From: Pseudomonadota bacterium
Lineage (GTDB): Bacteria > Pseudomonadota > Gammaproteobacteria > Xanthomonadales > SZUA-38
Reading direction: 5' to 3'
NCBI GenBank assembly: GCA_039195135.1
Contig: JBCCVP010000004.1
Span: 21,909 to 85,908, forward strand
Length of the DNA stretch: 64,000 nt
Below are positions 1 through 8,277 of the stretch, piece by piece. How positions within the stretch are numbered: the stretch's first letter is position 1; each line of letters starts with the position of its first letter. The translations under genes and the position numbers were made by a program. The notes beneath the pieces are model-generated. The model was not told the origin of the DNA and did no database searches. It saw only the letters and a list, made by a program, of their open reading frames with translations.

Positions 1-62
1 GCTCCAACCTCCAGCTTTGCCGGTGCTACAGTCGATGCTTTGTATCCAGCGGAGACCCCTCC

Positions 63-503
63 ATGAGAGCTTTTCTGGGCATCAGCCTCCTGGCATTGAT
101 CGCAGGTTGCAGCAGCGTTTCCCGCGTTTCTGACGAAGCGGGCGCCAACGCCTGCGACCCTGCTGCGGCCCCCGCGCTGCTGGTGGTGGTCGGCGATAAC
201 TTGAATCCCGACCAGTATCGCGCGTACGGCGAGGCGCTTGCCGCAGCGGGCCTGTATGAGCGGCTGGAGGGTTACTACCTGGCGCTGGGAGATCCGGATC
301 GGGTGCTGGAAGGGGAGTGGCCGGAGCCGCGTTTTCAGGTGCTCGCGCGCTTTCCCTGCCTCGCGGCTGTGGAGGCATTCTGGTACTCGTCTGAATACGA
401 AGAAATCAAGAAACTGAGAACCGGGGCCGGCGCCGTCGTCGCGGCGGCCTTTGAGGAACGCTCGGTGCCCGAGCGGGTGCGGTGGTTGCGCCCGGAGCGG
501 TAG
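63..503 (+). CDS. Lipoprotein with DUF1330-like domain
   Basis: 146-aa ORF with an N-terminal signal peptide and lipobox (LIAGC). The C-terminal ~95 aa (ALLVVVGDNLNPDQYRAYGE...FPCLAAVEAFWYSSEYEEIKKLR) resembles the DUF1330 dimeric alpha-beta barrel family. Confidence 0.6.
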   Translation: MRAFLGISLLALIAGCSSVSRVSDEAGANACDPAAAPALLVVVGDNLNPDQYRAYGEALAAAGLYERLEGYYLALGDPDRVLEGEWPEPRFQVLARFPCLAAVEAFWYSSEYEEIKKLRTGAGAVVAAAFEERSVPERVRWLRPER

Positions 504-542
504 CCGCTCCGGGCACAGGTTTTCTGCCTGAAACCTCGTCGA

Positions 543-1034
543 TCAGCTGAGAGGCTCGGGCTGATAGGGCAGCGAGGAGTGGTGCAGGATAATCCGCAGC
601 GTGCCTGCCTCGTCCTTTTTGTAACCCCAGCTCTTGTCGACCTTGGTCACGTTGCCGTCCTTGTCGGTGCAGGTGACCCAGCCCATCCACATGGCGACAT
701 CGCCCTGAATGAAACTGGCGGCGGTCTCGGACTCAACCGTGCGCCACCCTTTGATGCCGAACCCGCCATCAAGCGGGTACTCGGCGCTGTGGCCGACAAA
801 GTAGGCCAGCGCGCCGTCGCGGGTTGGCCGAAAGGTTTTCTCGCCGCTGGCGAGGGTAGGTTTGAACAGCACCGGACCCAGGTTGTAGCCGTACGCGGCA
901 TCCAGTGCGCCGCCGGCCGTTTCCCGGGCGGCGTCGATGCCCCCGTCTTCAAAGGCCTTCGACACGGCGACAAGAGCGTCGCCCCAGATTTTGCGTGCTT
1001 CAGCAAGTTCCTGTTCAGTGATAGTTGCGGTCAT
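543..1034 (-). CDS. NTF2-like (SnoaL/DUF4440-type) protein of unknown function
   Basis: ORF is open to 1055, but the ATG at 1034 is preceded by GGAGA at 7 nt. The sequence (WGDALVAVSKAF...DVAMWMGWVTCTDKDGNVTKVDKSWGYKK) looks NTF2-like. The fold assignment is from recollection only. Confidence 0.5.
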   Translation of the reverse strand: MTATITEQELAEARKIWGDALVAVSKAFEDGGIDAARETAGGALDAAYGYNLGPVLFKPTLASGEKTFRPTRDGALAYFVGHSAEYPLDGGFGIKGWRTVESETAASFIQGDVAMWMGWVTCTDKDGNVTKVDKSWGYKKDEAGTLRIILHHSSLPYQPEPLS

Positions 1035-1176
1035 TACGTTCTCCGAAATTGGCACCCGTCAGGTGCAGGTTGCGGCCCGGGGCCTATCGGAGCCCCGCAC
1101 CGCCGTTGATCAAATGTTGAATCAGGCGGACCGGCCGGGCTTTGATCTGCCCGGCCGGTCGCGCAATGCTGTCGAT

Positions 1177-2865
1177 CTAGCTCGCCGCGGGTGCCTCCTG
1201 AGGCGGCGTGCCGGCAGCGCCGCCGCCGGTTGCCTCTTCCACTTCGGAGAGGGCCGCCTGGAGTGCCTCCAGCCGGGTGGGATGAGTGGTGTCGCCGGGG
1301 ATGCAGTGGTCCGCGTTCAGACCCTCCAGCACGTCCTTAACTTCCTTGCTCATGCCCGTGACGTAGAGCGTTTTATGCGCCAGCCGAGCGTCGCAGGCGA
1401 TCGTCTCCACCGCTCGGGCGGCGGATACGTCGAGAAACGGCACCCGGGAGAAGTCGAGCACGATCGCGGCGGTATGATCCCGCACGCGTTCCCGGACCTG
1501 GTGGCCTACGTCGGCGGCAGCGCCGAAGCTTAAGGGGCCCCCAAAATCGAACAGGGTGATTTTGCCCGCGCCGCGGTCCAGAATCGCCTGTTCCTCGTTG
1601 GTGGTGATGGAACCCTCGGGGTTTTTGAAGTCGTCCAGCTGCTGGTCCGCCATGCGCTTCACAAACGCCAGCGCTGCCAGCACGACGCCCACCGCGACGG
1701 CGGTAATCAGGTCGACAAAGACGGTGAGGCCGAGCACCAGCACCATCAGCACCAGATCCCAGCGGGGGCCCTGATGGGCGCGCTTGAGGTAGGACACGTC
1801 AACAATGTCGTACCCCACCTTGATCAGAATGCCGGCCAGCACCGCGTGGGGAATCTGCGAGGCCAGCGGCGACAGGCTGAGCACCACCGCCAGCAGCACC
1901 AGGGCGTGCAGCATGCCCGCCAGCTTGGTGGAACCCCCGGTCCGAATGTTCACCACCGTACGCATGGTGGCGCCGGCGCCGGGAATGGCGCCGAACAGGC
2001 CGGCCACCGTGTTGCCGATACCCTGGCCTACCAGCTCCTTGTCCGAGTCGTGGCGGGTTCGGGTCATGTTGTCCGCCACCAGCGACGTCAGCAGACTGTC
2101 GATGGCGCCCAGGATGGCCAGGATGATGGCCGCTTCCACCACGATCAGAAAGCTGTCCTGACTGAATTCCGGGAGCACAAAGGACGGCAATCCGGTGGGG
2201 ATGTCGCCCAGCACAGGTGAGCCTTTGATGAACAGGCTCAGTACGGTGCCGATGATCAGCGCCGCCATGGCGCCGGGGATGAACTTACCCAGTGATTTGG
2301 GCCAGAAGAAAATCACCACCAGGGTGACGACGCCCACGGTCAGAGCAGCCCAGTTTGGATCAACCACCGCAGACGGAATAGCGGCCAGGGCAGGGATGGT
2401 TCCGCCTCCGTCGGGTTCGTGGCCAAATAGTCGCGAAAGCTGCAGCGCGATGATGATGCAGCCGATGCCGCTCATAAAGCCCGATACCACGGGGTAGGGG
2501 ACCAGTCGAATGTACTGGCCCAGCCGCATCACGCCAAAGGCGATCTGCAGCAGGCCCGCCAGCACCACCGAGGCAAAGATCAGCCCGACGTTGCCGCTCA
2601 GAGAGCCGAACACGCCGGCAAACACCACCACCATGGGACCCGTGGGGCCCGAGACGTTGGCGCCCGTGCCGCCGAACAGGGAGGCGAAAAAGCCAACAAT
2701 GATGGCGCCCCACAGGCCGGCGATGGGGCCGGCCCCGGAGGCCTCGCCGAATGCCAGGGCCAGCGGGAGGGCAACGATACCGGTGGTCAGTCCACCGTAA
2801 ATGTCTCCCCGCAGGTTACTAAAGTCGAAAAAGGGTGTTCGCTCCTGTGCGGCAGCGGTATTCAT
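1177..2865 (-). CDS. SulP-family anion transporter with C-terminal STAS domain
   Basis: 562 aa with multiple glycine-rich TM segments typical of SulP. The C-terminal STAS-like region reads ITLFDFGGPLSFGAAADV...LDFSRVPFLDVSAARAVE. Confidence 0.9.
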   Translation of the reverse strand: MNTAAAQERTPFFDFSNLRGDIYGGLTTGIVALPLALAFGEASGAGPIAGLWGAIIVGFFASLFGGTGANVSGPTGPMVVVFAGVFGSLSGNVGLIFASVVLAGLLQIAFGVMRLGQYIRLVPYPVVSGFMSGIGCIIIALQLSRLFGHEPDGGGTIPALAAIPSAVVDPNWAALTVGVVTLVVIFFWPKSLGKFIPGAMAALIIGTVLSLFIKGSPVLGDIPTGLPSFVLPEFSQDSFLIVVEAAIILAILGAIDSLLTSLVADNMTRTRHDSDKELVGQGIGNTVAGLFGAIPGAGATMRTVVNIRTGGSTKLAGMLHALVLLAVVLSLSPLASQIPHAVLAGILIKVGYDIVDVSYLKRAHQGPRWDLVLMVLVLGLTVFVDLITAVAVGVVLAALAFVKRMADQQLDDFKNPEGSITTNEEQAILDRGAGKITLFDFGGPLSFGAAADVGHQVRERVRDHTAAIVLDFSRVPFLDVSAARAVETIACDARLAHKTLYVTGMSKEVKDVLEGLNADHCIPGDTTHPTRLEALQAALSEVEEATGGGAAGTPPQEAPAAS

Positions 2866-2941
2866 GTTTTCTCTCCTAGGTGGGGCGCTCTTAGGCGCTC
2901 CGAATTGTGATTCGAAGGTTTCACGGATCGGTGGTTGTTAT

Positions 2942-3310
2942 TTAGCTATCCGTTTGCGCAACCGGGGTGGATTCCCACAGTTGTCTCGCATCGTTGATTT
3001 CGTCGGGGGACACGGCATTCATGCGTCCCTCGACAAAGGCCAACCCGTCAATAATCCAGTTGGCGATTTCGGGCTGAACGAGGTGGTAGATGTGGTGCCG
3101 GCCCTCGCGTCGCTCGTCGACCACCCGGTGCACCCGCAGAATGCCCAGATGCTGGGAGGCACGGGTGGGCGCGATGTCCAAGGTCTCGGCCAGCGTATTA
3201 ACGTCCGCTTCGCCACCACGGAGTTCTTCGATCAGGCGAATGCGGTCCGGATGCGCGATGGACTTAAGAAGTTGAGCAAGCTCTTTGGCGACGACGTTGC
3301 GAGCGGGCAC
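2942..3310 (-). CDS. ArsR/SmtB-family transcriptional regulator
   Basis: 122 aa with a GTG start. Shows the winged-HTH signature (LLKSIAHPDRIRLIEELRGGEADVNTLAETLDIAPTRASQHLGILR). Lies immediately upstream of, and co-oriented with, the SulP gene. Confidence 0.85.
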   Translation of the reverse strand: MPARNVVAKELAQLLKSIAHPDRIRLIEELRGGEADVNTLAETLDIAPTRASQHLGILRVHRVVDERREGRHHIYHLVQPEIANWIIDGLAFVEGRMNAVSPDEINDARQLWESTPVAQTDS

Positions 3311-3327
3311 TTAGCTATATGTTTACG

Positions 3328-3345
3328 TATTCAAGTATTTGAATA
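3328..3345. promoter_or_regulatory. Perfect palindrome TATTCAA-gtat-TTGAATA, a putative ArsR-type operator overlapping divergent promoters
   Basis: 7-bp inverted arms seen directly in the AT-rich stretch 18 bp upstream of the arsR-like start. A plus-strand sigma70-like pair, TTTACG (3322-3327) and TATATT (3344-3349), brackets it. Confidence 0.4.
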
Positions 3346-3557
3346 TATTAATACATGAAAGTATGAAGATTTCGTGAATTCCGGGGCGGTTGGCTTGCGG
3401 GGTGGGAGATTGTTGCGATGTTAACGGACGCTTACGCTCCGTTTAACTCTTTCTTAATGCAAATGTTAGTACCTTAACCCTGCACTCGCTAACGAATTAA
3501 CCCTGACCTCTTCTGGGATTGGCAGATCGGGTCGAAGGTAATCGGGGCAGTAGCTCA

Positions 3558-3608
3558 GGGCTCAAGCATGGAGTTTGGTCAGCACTCCCGCTTGAGCCCT
3601 TTCTTTTG
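3558..3608 (+). terminator. Orphan intrinsic terminator on the plus strand
   Basis: GGGCTCAAGC (3558-3567) pairs with GCTTGAGCCC (3590-3599). An inner GGAGT/ACTCC stem extends the hairpin, and TTTCTTTTG follows. No plus-strand gene lies upstream. Confidence 0.5.
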
Positions 3609-3672
3609 AACGCCCATCATAGGGGCGCTTCAGCTCAATCCCAAGCAAAATCAGCCGGGGCCAGCGGACCAC

Positions 3673-4359
3673 GTGAAAATACTCATTGTCGAAGATAACC
3701 CTGATATTGCCGCCAACATAGGCGATTACCTGGAAGACCGGGGTCACGTTGTCGACTTTGCCGGCGACGGTGTCACCGGCCTGCACCTGGCCGTGGTCAA
3801 CGAGTTTGACGCCATCGTGCTGGATCTGATGCTGCCAGGCATGGACGGACTGGACGTCTGTCGCAAGCTGCGGGAGGAAGCGCGCAAGAACACCCCGATT
3901 CTGATGCTCACGGCGCGCGACGCGCTGGAGCAGAAGCTGGAGGGTTTCAAAACCGGCGCTGACGACTACATGGTCAAGCCGTTTGAGCTGCAGGAGCTGG
4001 AGGCGCGGCTGGTGGTGCTGGCCCGCCGCGGCAAGGCCGTTGAACCGCGGGTGCTGGTGGTCGGGGATCTGGAGTACAACCTGGACACGCTGACCGTCAC
4101 TCGGGCCGGCACCGATATCAATCTCAACCCCACCGGCCTCAAACTGCTGCAGCGCCTCATGGAGGCGTCGCCGCGGGTGGTATCCCGGCACGAACTGGAA
4201 CTGCGCGTGTGGGGCGAAGAACTGCCTGACAGCGATAGCCTCCGGGTGCATATTCACAGCCTGCGGGCCGCCATCGACAAGCCTTTCGATGCGCCGATGA
4301 TCCAGACCCGGCACGGCATCGGATACCGCCTGGTTCAGCCCGATGCAGTTCAAGCGTAG
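3673..4359 (+). CDS. OmpR-family response regulator (two-component system 1)
   Basis: 228 aa with a GTG start. The receiver domain (ILIVEDN...DLMLPGMDG...LMLTARD...GADDYMVKPF) is followed by a winged-helix trans_reg_C domain (...IQTRHGIGYRL). Confidence 0.9.
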   Translation: MKILIVEDNPDIAANIGDYLEDRGHVVDFAGDGVTGLHLAVVNEFDAIVLDLMLPGMDGLDVCRKLREEARKNTPILMLTARDALEQKLEGFKTGADDYMVKPFELQELEARLVVLARRGKAVEPRVLVVGDLEYNLDTLTVTRAGTDINLNPTGLKLLQRLMEASPRVVSRHELELRVWGEELPDSDSLRVHIHSLRAAIDKPFDAPMIQTRHGIGYRLVQPDAVQA

Positions 4360-5656
4360 GCTACGCGACCGAATCATCATCTCGTTTCTGCTGTTTGGGA
4401 CGCTGCTGAGCGGCCTGTTCGCGGTGACGGCGTTGGGGATGCGCCAGAATCTGGAAAACGCGCTCATCGATGAAACCCTTGTGCGGGATCTGGACGAGTG
4501 GCTGGATCAGATCCTGAGCGGCGACACCGAAGGTGCCGGATTCTCCTCCCGCTACTACGCCTGGCTCGGACGTCGGAACCTGGCCCTGAGCAACCTGCCT
4601 GAAGCCCTGCCGGACGATTCGGAGCTGCGCGAGCGGGTCGTGGAGCTGGTCGGCCTGCCCAACGGCATCCATGAAATTGCGACGGTAAGCCGCCGCTACA
4701 AAATTGCCGTCGACAAACGGCCCGAGCTTTGGGGCTATGTGGTCTACGACACCACGCCGGATCCGCGGGAAAACCTGCTGCTGTTCGGTTTCCTGGCGGG
4801 ACTTGGCGTTGCCTTTTCTCTTCTGATGCTGGTGCTCGCCATCTGGTCGTCGAAGCGGGTCATCCGGCCCGTTTCGGATCTGGCCCGGCGCGTCAGCGCC
4901 ATGGGCAAAGGCACCCATCCGGAAGCGCTGGCGTCCAACTATGCAGACGACGAAGTCGGGCAGCTGGCCCGGGCCCTGGATGAATATGCCGAACGGCTCA
5001 CGGCGCTGGTGGTGCGCGACAAGGAGTTCAACGCCGATGTCAGCCACGAGCTCCGAACGCCGCTGGCGGTCATCAAAAGCGCCACCGAACTGCTGCTGGC
5101 ACAGCCGAATGTCGACGAAAAAACCCGCACCCGCCTGACCCGCATTGAGCGGGCCGCGCGCCAGACCACCGAATTGACCGAGGCGCTGCTGCACCTGGTG
5201 CGGGCGGAACGGGTCGACCGGGTCACCGGCGAGTATTTCCGGGTGGACAAGATTGTTGAAGAGGTTGTCGACTTCAAGCGTCCCCAGATCGGCAACAAAC
5301 CCATCTCCGTGTCGGTCAACGTGGAAGATTCGTTTTTAGTCTGCGCGCCCGAGTCGGTGATCGCCGTCGCGTTGGGTAACCTCATCGGCAACGCCTTTAA
5401 ATATACGCCCCAGGGCAACGTCGATATCACCGTCGGCGCCAACCGCGTGGTCGTGGAAGACACCGGCCCGGGTCTGGCGGAAGACGAGATGCAGAAGGTG
5501 TTCACGCGCCACTACCGGGGCAGCACCGTCAAAGGCAAAGGTTCGGGTCTGGGGCTGGCCATCGTGCAGCGCTTCTGTGAACTCTACGAGTGGACCGTGG
5601 AAGTCGCCAGCCGCGAGGGCGGCGGCCTGCGAGCCACCCTTTCCTTCGGCCGCTGA
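4343..5656 (+). CDS. Sensor histidine kinase (two-component system 1)
   Basis: 437 aa with two TM segments and a HAMP-like linker. H-box is SHELRTPLAVI; N/G boxes are GNAFKYT, DTGPGL and GSGLGLAIV. Overlaps the end of the response regulator gene by 17 bp. Confidence 0.9.
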   Translation: MQFKRRLRDRIIISFLLFGTLLSGLFAVTALGMRQNLENALIDETLVRDLDEWLDQILSGDTEGAGFSSRYYAWLGRRNLALSNLPEALPDDSELRERVVELVGLPNGIHEIATVSRRYKIAVDKRPELWGYVVYDTTPDPRENLLLFGFLAGLGVAFSLLMLVLAIWSSKRVIRPVSDLARRVSAMGKGTHPEALASNYADDEVGQLARALDEYAERLTALVVRDKEFNADVSHELRTPLAVIKSATELLLAQPNVDEKTRTRLTRIERAARQTTELTEALLHLVRAERVDRVTGEYFRVDKIVEEVVDFKRPQIGNKPISVSVNVEDSFLVCAPESVIAVALGNLIGNAFKYTPQGNVDITVGANRVVVEDTGPGLAEDEMQKVFTRHYRGSTVKGKGSGLGLAIVQRFCELYEWTVEVASREGGGLRATLSFGR

Positions 5657-5754
5657 CCAGGCCCACCTGCTCGGCCCCAGCGGGGTCGATTGAATGTCAT
5701 CCGGCCCTGTGCCATGTTCTGCGCCTTAACCGAGCTGGGGAGCTGTCGTTGGGG

Positions 5755-6609
5755 GTGGAAGAAAAACTGAGGAGTGCCCGGCAGGCATTCGACGAGGCGC
5801 GCTTTACCGAGGCCGCGCGCCGGTGCCGGGAGCTGATGAACGAGCCGGACATCACGCCGCCGCTGGTGGCCGCCGCGCTGGCCCTGGAGGGGGGGGCGCT
5901 GGTGCAGCTCGGTCAATATCGCCGGGGCCTCAAATCGCTGCACGAATCCGTCAACGTCCACGAAGCGCTGGGGGAGGAGATGTCTACCGGCTTTGCGCAC
6001 AACTACATCGGTGCCGCCAGCGAGGAGCTGAAAGATCTGGCCGGTGCCTACGCGCACTACGAGCGGGCGTTGTATCTCGCTGACCAGGCGGCGGACCGGT
6101 CTCTCCAGGCCCGGGTGCTCGCCAATCTCGGGGACGCGCTGGTGACGGACGGCAAACCGGAGCAGGCCCTGGTGCATCTGAAGCGGGCGGCCGGCTGCGC
6201 GCAAGCGGTTGAAGAATGGTCCCTGCTGGGCTGGGTGGAGGGGGCAACGGCTCGCGCCCTGATGAGCACCGGCGATCTGGAGCAGGCCGGTTTGTATTTT
6301 GAAAACGCCATCACCCACAGCCACGCCGGGTCCGGCGCGCGCGCCGAGGGGGAGATCCTGCTGCACTTTGGCAATTACCTTAAGGCGATGAATCTCAAGG
6401 AGCAGGCGCTGGAGAACTATCGCTCGGCGCTCAGGATATTTGCGCGCGTCAACGCGCGCTGGGGCATCCGCCGAGCCCATCGGGCTCTGTCGGATTTTTA
6501 TGCCGACAACGGCCAGTACCAAAAGGCCCTCGAGCACTACCGCCTGTTCCATGAGGCCCACGCCGACATGCTGGAGGAGCTGACGGACGCCTGGGAGTCC
6601 CAAAGCTGA
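5755..6609 (+). CDS. TPR-repeat protein
   Basis: ORF is open from 5590, but its first ~55 codons are Arg/Pro-rich junk. GTG at 5755 begins a TPR-like sequence (repeated A..Y..AL motifs, e.g. AYAHYERALYLADQ and ALENYRSALRIFARV). Its stop overlaps the folA start (TGATG). Start is uncertain. Confidence 0.6.
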   Translation: MEEKLRSARQAFDEARFTEAARRCRELMNEPDITPPLVAAALALEGGALVQLGQYRRGLKSLHESVNVHEALGEEMSTGFAHNYIGAASEELKDLAGAYAHYERALYLADQAADRSLQARVLANLGDALVTDGKPEQALVHLKRAAGCAQAVEEWSLLGWVEGATARALMSTGDLEQAGLYFENAITHSHAGSGARAEGEILLHFGNYLKAMNLKEQALENYRSALRIFARVNARWGIRRAHRALSDFYADNGQYQKALEHYRLFHEAHADMLEELTDAWESQS

Positions 6610-7400
6610 TGAAAAGACCCACGATCACCCTGATTGCCGCATTAGACCGGCGCCGTGCCATCGGCCGCGACGGCGACCTTCCCTGGCATCTGCCGGAGGA
6701 CCTGAAGCACTTCAAGCGGGAGACGCTGAATAAGACCATGGTGATGGGACGACGCACCTTTGACGAGATCGGCAAGCCGCTGCCGCGCCGCCACAACGTG
6801 GTGATCACCCGGGGCGGCCGGAAATTTCCCAAAGGCATTACGCCGGTTAAGTCCCTCGCCGAAGCGCTGGCCATCGCCGAGTCGCCGGAGGTGATGATCG
6901 CCGGCGGCGGCGAGATCTACCGGCTGGCGCTGCCGCGGGCGGACCGGCTGCTGCTCAGTCATGTCGACACGGTGGTTGCGGACGCCGATACCTTCTTTCC
7001 GCGATTTTCCAAAAAGCGCTGGGCCGGCTGGCTGATGGATCGACAGGGACAGGACCCGCGCCACGAGCACGCCGTCGAGTTCTGGGAATACCTGCCGGCG
7101 ATCAAAGACGACAAGGTGCTCTGCCGCACTCCCGCCGAAGGTCGTCGACCCACGCGCATTCCCAGCTGGAAATTTGACGCGATGACCGATGCCATTCTTG
7201 GCGCCGTCGACGCGGCGCCGGACGGGCGCATCGCGTTTCGTGATCTCGCTGCGGCGGTAGGCAAGCAACTGCCGGCGGAGCAGCGCAGCAAACTCGGCTC
7301 TATCGGCTGGCACGTAACCTGCGTCAAGCTGGAGCTGGAGGTGCGGGGCACCCTTACCCGCGGCAAAGCCGGCGGCCGGCAGGTGCTCTACCGCACCTGA
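6609..7400 (+). CDS. folA: Dihydrofolate reductase with a ~100-aa C-terminal extension
   Basis: The N-terminal ~160 aa are a clear DHFR (ITLIAALDRRRAIGRDGDLPWHLPEDLKHFKRETLNKTMVMGRRTFDEIGKPLPRR...IAGGGEIY). There is no stop after the DHFR domain, and 100 further residues follow. The 3' end overlaps convergent apaH by 13 bp. Confidence 0.85.
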   Translation: MKRPTITLIAALDRRRAIGRDGDLPWHLPEDLKHFKRETLNKTMVMGRRTFDEIGKPLPRRHNVVITRGGRKFPKGITPVKSLAEALAIAESPEVMIAGGGEIYRLALPRADRLLLSHVDTVVADADTFFPRFSKKRWAGWLMDRQGQDPRHEHAVEFWEYLPAIKDDKVLCRTPAEGRRPTRIPSWKFDAMTDAILGAVDAAPDGRIAFRDLAAAVGKQLPAEQRSKLGSIGWHVTCVKLELEVRGTLTRGKAGGRQVLYRT

Positions 7401-8185
7401 AACGGCCGCTCCGGCCGGCGCAGGTCCACCGCGGTCAGCGCGCCACCCCACACGCAGCCCGAGTCCAGGCACACGGCGGAAGGCGTGACGTGGTAGCCCA
7501 GCGTCGCCCAATGGCCAAACAGTACGCGCCAGGATTTCTTGCGCTCTTGAGGCCACGCAAACCACGGTTTCAGGCCCCGGCGCTGGGTCCCCGGCGGGCC
7601 TTTATGCTCGGCGTCAAATCTCCCTTCTGCATCCAGATACCGCATCCGGGTCAGGGTGGCGGCGATGGCGCGGCGGCGGCTGCTGCCCGTAAGGTTTAAG
7701 TCCCAGGAGGGTTTGTTGCCGTAAAGCTGGCCAATGCGTTCTTCCCAGTCCCGGGCCTGAAGCAGCCGCTCCAGCTCCCGAGCCCTTGCCCGCGCTTCCC
7801 GCGGCTTCCACGTCGGGTGGATGCCGGCGTGAACCAAAATGGTCTTGCGCTTCTTGAACAGCTTCAGCAGCCGCTGATGGCGCAGCCAGTGGATCAGTTC
7901 GTCAGCGTCCGGCGCCGCAACAACCTGCGCCAGTTCCCGCTCCGGCCGCTTCACCGCTCCGGCCGCCAGCGCCAGCAGATGCAGGTCGTGATTACCCAGC
8001 ACGGCCCGGACCGATTTGCGGTGCTTGAAGGCGAAGCGAAGGACCTTCAGGGATTGGCCGCCGCGATTCACCAGGTCTCCGGCAAACCAGAGTTTGTCCC
8101 GGCCCGGATCAAACGCCACCCGATCCAGCAGCCGACGCAGGTCGTCGTAGCAGCCCTGCACGTCGCCAACGACGTAGCGGGTCAT
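7388..8185 (-). CDS. apaH: Bis(5'-nucleosyl)-tetraphosphatase (symmetrical)
   Basis: Starts at MTRYVVGDVQGCYDDLRRLL...GDLVNRGGQS...GNHD, the calcineurin-like ApaH signature. The ATG at 8185 was chosen over the longer ORF start. The convergent neighbour is folA, as in E. coli. Confidence 0.9.
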   Translation of the reverse strand: MTRYVVGDVQGCYDDLRRLLDRVAFDPGRDKLWFAGDLVNRGGQSLKVLRFAFKHRKSVRAVLGNHDLHLLALAAGAVKRPERELAQVVAAPDADELIHWLRHQRLLKLFKKRKTILVHAGIHPTWKPREARARARELERLLQARDWEERIGQLYGNKPSWDLNLTGSSRRRAIAATLTRMRYLDAEGRFDAEHKGPPGTQRRGLKPWFAWPQERKKSWRVLFGHWATLGYHVTPSAVCLDSGCVWGGALTAVDLRRPERPFQVR

Positions 8186-8277
8186 CGCCGATGCAGCCCG
8201 GACCTGTGGCAATCAGCGCAAACCGCTTGCCGCGTGAGTGTTACCATGCGCGCTTTTCCGTACGGCCCCGATCCCTC

